The position numbers and the translations under genes were made by a program. Under the pieces are notes generated by a model. That model worked only from the letters and a program-made list of their open reading frames with translations, did not search any database and was not told where the DNA came from. A stretch of DNA of 64,000 bases from an uncultured Saprospiraceae bacterium (GTDB taxonomy: Bacteria; Bacteroidota; Bacteroidia; Chitinophagales; Saprospiraceae), in NCBI GenBank assembly GCA_964628385.1, contig CAZVOD010000012.1, forward strand, positions 3,731-67,730, given 5' to 3'. Positions 57,601 to 64,000 of the stretch are shown in pieces. Numbering within the stretch: the stretch's first letter is position 1; the number at the start of each line of letters is the position of its first letter.

Positions 57601-59998
57601 AGTACCTTATCTCAAATATTCAGATTATGAACTCAATCAATTGTTTTTCTTCTTTACTTCTGACAAAGATGCCCTGCAATATGAGCTGAATTTTCAGGAC
57701 ATTTTCTTGTTTGAAGAATATCAGGTACAAAATGTCAATTTCACAGGGGAAGCAGAATCCGGTAGGCTTACTACCCGCTTCAATCAGCGAGACAGTAGCC
57801 TAACCGAACGCTTTAATATTGAAGCCAGGGTGCTCAAGGAAGCTGATCAATTTGAGATTGCTTTTGATCCGGATTTATTGCTCAACTACCAAGACTGGCA
57901 GCTCAAGCCCAGTAATCGCATACTCTACGGAGCTAACAACGTCAATGTAATTGATTGGCGATTGAGCTACGATAATCAATATATAGAATTGATCAGTAAT
58001 GAATTAAATACAGAAAATCTCTCCTTTGAATTTGGTCAATTCGACCTGAATTTTGTGGCCGATTTGATTGAATATGACAGTAAAATCGTAGGAGGTATTC
58101 TTAGTGGTCAGGCGGACCTGTATAACATTTTTAGCAAACCCGCTCTGAAAACTGAATTAACAATTAAGGATTTGAATCTTCTTCAGGCTACCCTAGGTGA
58201 TCTTCAGGCTAAAGTCAATTATGATACCACTCAGCTAGCCACCATCAATGCCAGTTTTCAGGGATATGGCAATGACCTGACAATTGCCGGAAAATACCGC
58301 GCTGATTCACTTCGGGAAGATTTCAACTTTGACCTGGGAATCAATCAACTAGATTTATCCAACTTTGAACCTACACTCACTGACTATCTCGGCCTTTTGA
58401 AAGGTAATTTGAAAGGAGATTTAAAGATCAGTGGAGAAACAAAGGCTCCTAAACTTCAGGGGACCCTAAATCTTCAGCAAGCTGCCGTTCGTCCTAACAT
58501 GCTGAAAACCCGCTTCAATTTAAATGATGTGGCTGTACAATTCAACAAAGAAGGATTTACAATCCCTGAGTGTATCATACGAGATTCGCTGGGCCAGAAA
58601 GCCACTTTTTCCGCTCAGGTACTTACCTATAACTATCAGAACTTCGGCCTGGTGATGAATTTCGATGCTAAAAACTTTATGCTACTCAATACCACAGAAG
58701 ATGACAATGAATTGTATTACGGTAAAATGGTAGCTGATGTAAGTGCTGAAATTATCGGGGATTTTGAAGAGCCGGTAATTACTGTTGATGCTAAATCTGA
58801 AGAAGGCTCTGACCTCACTTACGTTTATTCTGTAGGCGGTATTCAGAGCATTGACAAAGGGGATGGCGTCGTTGAATTCGTCAGCCTGGATACGGTAGGC
58901 CAGGAAAAAAAGGAGGGCATTATTGGAGAGATCCGTACCGGCTATGGTCTGGATATTTCTGTTAATGCCAGCATCAATGATAATTTGAAAATCAAAGTAA
59001 TCACCGATGAGTTGTCAGGCGACAACTTCGTAGGGCAAGGAGAGGGAGATATCTCCCTGCGAATGCTTCCCAATAATGATATAGAGCTCACCGGGCGGAT
59101 AGAATTACTCAGTGGAGACTATCAATTTACTTATTCGGAAGTAATCAGAAGGCAATTTCAGGTAGAACCCGGTTCTTACGTAGCTTTTGTGGGTTCTCCT
59201 TATAACCCTGAGTTGGGCCTGACGGCTAATTATCAGACTAAGACTTCTCCGTATCCGCTAATTATTTCCACGTTGGGTGGCGAAGGTAATGTATCAGAAA
59301 CGGACCGGGCCTACTGGAAAGAAAACCTGCAGAGACCAGAGACTTTTATTGCCAAGATCAATGTGAATGGACCCTTGGAAGATATAGAATTATCTACGGA
59401 TATCGCTTACCCTAATATCAGAGGTAATTCAAATAGCCAGGAGGTTAGAGATGCCCTGAGCAGAATTCGGGTAGATGAAAGTAAGATGAATACTCAGGCA
59501 TTCAGTCTGGTACTCTTTAATGGATTTATTGCAGAAGATATTGGCAGTGGCGGCGGTGGTTTTTCTATGGCCGACGTAGAAGCCGGACTAAGCAATGTTA
59601 TCACCAAGCAGCTTAACAACCTTGCCAATCAGTATATCAAGTTTGTAGACCTTGATTTTGGCATTGATAATGCCGGAAATTCTTCCGGTAATCTATTTGA
59701 AGATTCTGACTTCCGGGTTAGCCTGAAGAAAAGTTTCCTGGATGACCGCCTTACGGTCAATGTGGATGGTGTAGCCAGCACTCGCGAGGAGGCCAGCCAG
59801 TCAGGGTATTATTTAAATAACATTTCTATAGAATACTCTTTAAGTGAAAAGGGGATTATGAAAATCAGGCTTTTTAACAAGCGCGAAACAGAAGATGTCT
59901 TTAACGGAGATGTAGTAAAACTGGGTGGAGCACTACTTTTCTCAAAAGATTTTGACCGCCTTAGTTTATTTGGAAATAAGAAAAATGGAAAAGAATAA
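54656..59998 (+). CDS. tamB: translocation and assembly module protein TamB (AsmA-like, DUF490 C-terminus)
   Basis: 1780 aa with a single N-terminal TM anchor and a long beta-rich body. The DUF490-like C-terminus reads FRVSLKKSFLDDRLTVNVDG...ISIEYSLSEKGIMKIRLFNKRE. It is immediately followed by an Omp85 gene. Confidence 0.8.
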   Translation: MFKSKKILKITARIILYALGFILLLLILLNLPPVQNFLSKQVANYLSNELNTEVSVKGVYWKLPKYISIQKIYVEDQQKDTLVYAGEIRADLKLSKIFQQEIGIKSVLLNQIKLNVYPTGNGSNIDFIIENFSADRTQAQPKRVPEDTSSSAWKITFPGTTLLLQNIDAYYADQSQSYDFEIGELSANAENIDLEQQLFRLNELNLANTRAFISLGEQDSTVTDTSSNPLALTLGTHHINFDNVDFGLDMPELSIRTRVGILDADEVDFSMGQSMDINVQKFLLNRSFFSYEVPGTPKIEGFDPNHFSLENINIDVADVTYHDLDVYATINNLAAKEPKGVELKSMQAQVHYNPDTAEVHQLKMATDKSNLLAYHTLVTFPFVTSDAPLGAIRLKSDIERGVFHPRDAIFFAPLLEEFWFIEKNIDRTVRLRANIDGKLNELAIKQLDFKGWDTHLNVDGTLYEPLDLEKTFFDFKANIIEASQEGLQTWIPPNTLPDYIELPASTLARAKIKGFINDLAIDLEATNTSPIEPICSRVVASTQLRNATKTDSLSFTVNIDTLYTSKSGLLNFIPATALPDYIDLPPEIELRGQLNGDLDIIYTDFKLYAIRGGNFSYLNSVGNIKDFFGGGDPKFDISIKEMDLKEEEILAFIPKGILPPYIKIPGINGAEGFVRGKQGDLESTFQIKTEVGNLKAKGFLRDSTYEMEVDLNSFDIKKLFQPGKYEEVVGVPISSFGATLFVSGQGFNPDSNLLASYKLVIKPNDELYKWKEGIVVEGVIDRQSGTMNARVNENGISGKANSIANFNQPNEAFDFSLNLNEFNFTKLNLTPIPFSVRGSLTADSEGSALSDLTGQLRLDNWVINYDTLQQSIDSLVLTADLDTTFNKIAVESDLIYGNLDGKFSFGEIAQQIQLQASSYFDPTVQLEDTLPGLRDAFMNMYFEIDKPELLTMGYIPGLEKLDPCFILGSFNAAEKTLKLYSEVPYLKYSDYELNQLFFFFTSDKDALQYELNFQDIFLFEEYQVQNVNFTGEAESGRLTTRFNQRDSSLTERFNIEARVLKEADQFEIAFDPDLLLNYQDWQLKPSNRILYGANNVNVIDWRLSYDNQYIELISNELNTENLSFEFGQFDLNFVADLIEYDSKIVGGILSGQADLYNIFSKPALKTELTIKDLNLLQATLGDLQAKVNYDTTQLATINASFQGYGNDLTIAGKYRADSLREDFNFDLGINQLDLSNFEPTLTDYLGLLKGNLKGDLKISGETKAPKLQGTLNLQQAAVRPNMLKTRFNLNDVAVQFNKEGFTIPECIIRDSLGQKATFSAQVLTYNYQNFGLVMNFDAKNFMLLNTTEDDNELYYGKMVADVSAEIIGDFEEPVITVDAKSEEGSDLTYVYSVGGIQSIDKGDGVVEFVSLDTVGQEKKEGIIGEIRTGYGLDISVNASINDNLKIKVITDELSGDNFVGQGEGDISLRMLPNNDIELTGRIELLSGDYQFTYSEVIRRQFQVEPGSYVAFVGSPYNPELGLTANYQTKTSPYPLIISTLGGEGNVSETDRAYWKENLQRPETFIAKINVNGPLEDIELSTDIAYPNIRGNSNSQEVRDALSRIRVDESKMNTQAFSLVLFNGFIAEDIGSGGGGFSMADVEAGLSNVITKQLNNLANQYIKFVDLDFGIDNAGNSSGNLFEDSDFRVSLKKSFLDDRLTVNVDGVASTREEASQSGYYLNNISIEYSLSEKGIMKIRLFNKRETEDVFNGDVVKLGGALLFSKDFDRLSLFGNKKNGKE

Positions 59999-60004
59999 AT
60001 ACTC

Positions 60005-62386
60005 ATGAACAGCAGAACGTTAAAGATTTTTTACATACTTATCATTCTTTTCATAAGTTTTTCCTGTTCTACAACCCGTTCACTGGAATCAGGTGAATAC
60101 CTGTATACCGGCTCGAAAATCAATTTTGATTCTACGGCCAATGATAAGCAGACAGATATTCTTTACCCCAAAATGCAGGAATTGTTAGCCCCATCAACTA
60201 ACCGGGAGTTGTTAGGAGTTCCGGTCAGATTGTACTGGTATAACTTCTTTCACGGTCCGAAAGATAAAGGGTTGGGGAAATGGATGCAGGGCCTGCTGGG
60301 GGAAGAACCGGTCTTGTACGATGAAGAAATTACAGGTAAAGTATCTCAACTGATGAGCAACAGGCTATTTAACAATGGCTACTTTTGGCCATCAGTTGTT
60401 ACACAAGTGGATAGCAGCCGGAAAAAAGCTACTGTCAACTACAATATTAGCCCTGGTAATCAATATACCATTAATTCTTTCTCTTATGATATCAGTGATA
60501 CTTCTTTGAGTAAAGTACTGGCGCCCATGTATTCTGGAAGTATTATAAAAACCGGGCAACCCTACAACCTCAATGATCTGCGCCGGGAGAGAGAAAGAAT
60601 CAGCTCCGTGCTTAAAGAATTGGGATACTTTTATTTTGAGCCTGACTATCTCAAATTTGCAGCCGATACCACAATGGGGACTCATGCAGTAGACGTGAGA
60701 ATGCAGCTCAAGCAAAATGCGCCCAAAGAAAATTTACGCCCCCTTTTTATTAATGAAATTATTGTATATACAGATTATCAGATCGGAAGGCCTCCCGGTG
60801 CCAAGACTACCCACTTTGAGGATATTGATTTCGTTTATGATGAGTTAGATATACGGCCCACCAGAATAAGGGAAATTGTTTTTTTTAATAAAGGAGATAA
60901 ATACAATCCCAGGAAGCATCAAACTACTTTACGCCGTTTATCCAACTTTGGTTATTACAAATTCGTAAGTCTGCGTCATGAGCGGGATGAAGAGACCAGC
61001 AACCAGCTCAATGTCAAAATTTACCTGACGCCCAAGCGCCTCAATACACTTGAAGGATCTGTAGGTCTGGCATTAATCTCTAATCAGTATATTGGCCCGG
61101 AAGTCAGCCTGGGATATACCAACAGAAATATTTTCAGAGGGTTAGAACAGCTAAGGCTCGAAGCAACCGGTGATTTCAACTTCCCGCTACGGGAGGATGC
61201 CGGCAATTATTTTGAGTCGATATCGGCCAAAGCCTCCATCACGCGCCCGGGGCTGGGTATTCCTTTTGTCTCAAGTAAGGTATTACCTTCTTTGATCCAG
61301 GCCAACACTCGGGTACAATTCAGTTATGAAAGAGAAAGAATACGACTGGAGCTATCCAATGACCAGGAATTTCTGGACAACCTCCTTTTCTTTGGCTTCG
61401 AAAATCTACTGAATGAGATAGAGGATAATCCTAATTTTGCACCGCCTATTTCCGTTGAAAATTATGAATTGAGCTTTGGTTATATTTGGAAAAGACAGCC
61501 GCTGATCCAAAGTGAGCTGAATCCTTTGAGATTCACTTTTCAAAATGTTACCTACGGCAATCCCGACTTAAAGCCATTGCTGGAATTTATCTTATCCTTC
61601 GAATCACAGGAGGATCAGTTGCTCAATTTAGAACGTATGTTCATTCTTCAACCGGATTATATTTTCACTTATGATACCCGGGAAGGGCCCAAGCGTCGCA
61701 ATAATGTCTTTTATCGAGGCCGCTTGTCCATTGCTGGTAATAAAATTCTGGAAGATGAGCAAACGGCTATTGCCGAGGAAAATCTCGAAAATGTAATCCT
61801 TCAAGTAGAAAACGATGTGAGACTTTACCTGCGGGTCTCTCCAAGTCAGGTTCTGGCTTCCCGCTTAATCGCTAATATTGCCTACCCTTTCAGTGACCGG
61901 GTAATCTTTTCTATTACCGACTTGTATTCGGTAGGTGGCCCCAATAGTGTAAGAGCTTTCTACCCGAGAACGATCGGGCCTGGTACCACCCTGGTAGGTG
62001 GGGGCGGTGGCGGTTTTGGCGCTCTTCAGGGAAAAGGCGATATCAAGTTGGAAGGAAGCATAGAGTTTCGCCAAAAATTCAATTCCTATCTGGAGTTAGC
62101 AGTATTTGCAGACGCCGGTAATGTCTGGCGAATAGAAAAAGATGTGGAGGATAGCCCTACCAGCTTTAATTTTGATACATTTTACGATGAAATCGCATTA
62201 GGAACCGGCATTGGCCTCCGCCTTGATTTTAGCTACTTGGTATTCAGAGTAGATTTGGCATTTCCCCTCACCAAACCCTTTTTACCCGAAGGAGAGCGCT
62301 GGGTCGGTAACCAAATTCGCCTTGGTGACCCTGAATGGAGAAGGGAAAACTTGGTTCTGAACTTAGCCTTTGGCTATCCGTTCTAG
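60005..62386 (+). CDS. Omp85/BamA-family outer membrane protein, lipidated TamA homologue (TamL-like)
   Basis: Lipobox (LFISFSC), POTRA-like N-terminal region, bacterial surface antigen barrel and C-terminal LNLAFGYPF. It starts 6 nt after the tamB stop. Confidence 0.85.
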   Translation: MNSRTLKIFYILIILFISFSCSTTRSLESGEYLYTGSKINFDSTANDKQTDILYPKMQELLAPSTNRELLGVPVRLYWYNFFHGPKDKGLGKWMQGLLGEEPVLYDEEITGKVSQLMSNRLFNNGYFWPSVVTQVDSSRKKATVNYNISPGNQYTINSFSYDISDTSLSKVLAPMYSGSIIKTGQPYNLNDLRRERERISSVLKELGYFYFEPDYLKFAADTTMGTHAVDVRMQLKQNAPKENLRPLFINEIIVYTDYQIGRPPGAKTTHFEDIDFVYDELDIRPTRIREIVFFNKGDKYNPRKHQTTLRRLSNFGYYKFVSLRHERDEETSNQLNVKIYLTPKRLNTLEGSVGLALISNQYIGPEVSLGYTNRNIFRGLEQLRLEATGDFNFPLREDAGNYFESISAKASITRPGLGIPFVSSKVLPSLIQANTRVQFSYERERIRLELSNDQEFLDNLLFFGFENLLNEIEDNPNFAPPISVENYELSFGYIWKRQPLIQSELNPLRFTFQNVTYGNPDLKPLLEFILSFESQEDQLLNLERMFILQPDYIFTYDTREGPKRRNNVFYRGRLSIAGNKILEDEQTAIAEENLENVILQVENDVRLYLRVSPSQVLASRLIANIAYPFSDRVIFSITDLYSVGGPNSVRAFYPRTIGPGTTLVGGGGGGFGALQGKGDIKLEGSIEFRQKFNSYLELAVFADAGNVWRIEKDVEDSPTSFNFDTFYDEIALGTGIGLRLDFSYLVFRVDLAFPLTKPFLPEGERWVGNQIRLGDPEWRRENLVLNLAFGYPF

Positions 62387-62566
62387 GAAATGCTATGCCA
62401 GCAGCTTTAATGCCCAGGGATATGCAGCCCCAAACTAATCGATTTGCAGGTCTTAATCCGACAGTTAAATGTTTAACATTGGAGTCAATTATGAATCAGT
62501 TTAGACATAAATACTTGTCAGTCCTGTAAACAAGTTTTACCTTTACATTTCTAAATCAAATACGAT

Positions 62567-62728
62567 ATGTTATTACCAAGGAAATTAATTATTCTGGCCA
62601 TATTCATCCATATGGTGACTATCTTTGCCTGTGCTTCATTACAACCACCACAAGAAAAAGAAAATAAAGAAGCGGCAGAAAAAGTCTTAAATCAACAGGA
62701 CGATACAAACGAAAACATTGAAAAATAA
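62567..62728 (+). CDS. possible small lipoprotein (53 aa)
   Basis: MLLPRKLIILAIFIHMVTIFACASLQ... has a signal plus lipobox followed by a charged tail. A stem-loop with a T-run follows at about 62757-62795. It is too short for the ORF track. Confidence 0.4.
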   Translation: MLLPRKLIILAIFIHMVTIFACASLQPPQEKENKEAAEKVLNQQDDTNENIEK

Positions 62729-62799
62729 ATTTAATCCTTTTTTAAAACTCACCGTTTAAAAGAGGCCATTGTATCACGATGACCTCTTTTTTAGTAATA

Positions 62800-62877
62800 G
62801 ACATGTTTCGCAGGTCTTTAAATACACAAGTCAAAATGGGTGGTTTTCGTCCCTGTTTTGCTCCTACAAAACAAGTC
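62800..62877. repeat. MITE/REP-like palindromic element, full copy F (78 bp, diverged core)
   Basis: gacatgtttcgcagg...ctacaaaacaagtc. Confidence 0.75.
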
Positions 62878-64000
62878 TCATATCCAAATAATGTGGAAGT
62901 ACATCGCTTATACGAACTCAATGAATTTATCAAACGTATTGTGGCTCTGAATTTCCCAGAAGCCATTTGGGTGAAAGGTGAAATTGCTCAGGCCGATCAA
63001 TCGCGGGGGCATCACTTTATTGATGTTATCGAAAAATCAGGAGAAGATATTATTGCCAGAGCCGATGCGGTAATCTGGCAAAAAACCTATCGTAAGCTTT
63101 ATCGACAATTGGGAAAGCAATTGGAAAGCCTAATACAGGAGGGGGTCGAAGTTATGGTAAAAGCCAGAGTGGATTTTCACGAGCGATATGGCTACAAGCT
63201 TATCATTGAAGATATTGATCCTGCTTTTACACTGGGACAGCTAGAAGCTCAAAAGAGAGAAACCCTGGAAAAACTTTATGAAGAAAAGTTGTTGGGAAAA
63301 AATAAGAATCAGCTCCTGCCAGCGGTCATTCAAAAAGTAGCAGTCCTCTCTTCTGAAAAAGCGGCGGGGCTCCAAGATTTTATTTACCAAATGAAAGATA
63401 ACCTCTATGGCTATCATTTTGATATTCAGATCTTCGAAAGTCAACTTCAGGGAACAGAAGCCCCCGGAAAAATGGTCAAGCAACTGCATAGCATTCAACA
63501 AAACCATGAGCGTTTTGACTGTGCCGTTATTATACGGGGCGGCGGAGCTAAGATAGACCTCGCCCCTTTCAATGATTACGAGTTGTGCAAAAAAATTGCC
63601 AAAATGCCGCTTCCGGTATTAGTTGGTGTTGGTCATGAAACTGATGAATCTCTTGCCGATCAGGTAGCTTACAGCTCGCTCAAAACTCCAACTGCAGTAG
63701 CAGAGTTTTTAATTAATCATAACCTTACTTTTGAGTCCCAAATCGTTCAACTGGAACAGCAATTAAGGTGGATTGTACAACAACAGCTAAATACCCAACA
63801 ATTAGCACTGCAGCGCCTGGAAGAAATGCTTTACCTGCCCATTCAACGCCAGATTGCTCAGCACTACCAACAAATCAGTTATTTGGAGGGGCAATTACAA
63901 CCGCTTGTCAGCAGCCAACTACAAAAAGCTATTTACGAACTCCGTGAGTTGGAGGGAATCAACAAATTACTTACTATTGAAAATACACTGGCTAGAGGCT
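62836..64000 (+). CDS. xseA: exodeoxyribonuclease VII large subunit, 5' portion (continues beyond the window end)
   Basis: OB-fold N-terminus (YELNEFIKRIVALNFPEAIWVKGEIAQADQSRGHHFIDV) and a catalytic region (RGGGAKIDLAPFNDYELCKKIAKMPLPVLVGVGHETDESLADQVA). The frame stays open to the window end. The start is uncertain: ATG 62836 (inside repeat copy F) or GTG 62893. Confidence 0.85.
   Translation, partial: MGGFRPCFAPTKQVSYPNNVEVHRLYELNEFIKRIVALNFPEAIWVKGEIAQADQSRGHHFIDVIEKSGEDIIARADAVIWQKTYRKLYRQLGKQLESLIQEGVEVMVKARVDFHERYGYKLIIEDIDPAFTLGQLEAQKRETLEKLYEEKLLGKNKNQLLPAVIQKVAVLSSEKAAGLQDFIYQMKDNLYGYHFDIQIFESQLQGTEAPGKMVKQLHSIQQNHERFDCAVIIRGGGAKIDLAPFNDYELCKKIAKMPLPVLVGVGHETDESLADQVAYSSLKTPTAVAEFLINHNLTFESQIVQLEQQLRWIVQQQLNTQQLALQRLEEMLYLPIQRQIAQHYQQISYLEGQLQPLVSSQLQKAIYELRELEGINKLLTIENTLARG

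Overview
This 64-kb window looks like an ordinary chromosomal segment of a Bacteroidota genome, probably Cytophagia- or Flavobacteriia-like. The phylum call rests on three proteins with T9SS C-terminal sorting domains, a SusC/SusD pair, the gldA/gldF/gldG gliding-motility ABC transporter, a TamB plus lipidated Omp85 (TamL-like) pair, and Bacteroidota-style lipoprotein signals. Coding density is high and most genes are housekeeping or envelope functions. These include pstSCAB, proline dehydrogenase, aroE, a YdiJ-like FAD/Fe-S oxidoreductase, a MATE pump with a TetR regulator, a TonB-dependent receptor and xseA. I found no rRNA, tRNA, CRISPR array, transposase, integrase, reverse transcriptase, toxin-antitoxin pair or recognisable defence gene, so I cannot point to a novel multi-gene system in this window. 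The most interesting unexplained signals are non-coding. (1) A structured repeat of about 290 bp, built from iterated ATGACATGTC(T) motifs, occurs twice in inverted orientation (about 16.5 kb and 42.5 kb). Each copy lies between a stop codon and an intrinsic terminator. (2) A MITE/REP-like palindromic element of 66-78 bp with terminal inverted repeats GACTTGTTTYGCAGG...CCTGCAAAACAAGTC occurs as three full and several truncated copies, always intergenic and often abutting stop codons. There are also four decayed genes: an ECF sigma factor, a pirin, a dipeptide epimerase and a possible flavoprotein remnant. Other points of note are a PstC with a PstS-like periplasmic insertion, a glycosidase-free SusC/SusD locus linked to a purple-acid-phosphatase-like enzyme, and a TonB-dependent receptor apparently co-transcribed with a PdxK-like kinase. 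All product calls come from reading motifs in the supplied translations; no database search was possible.
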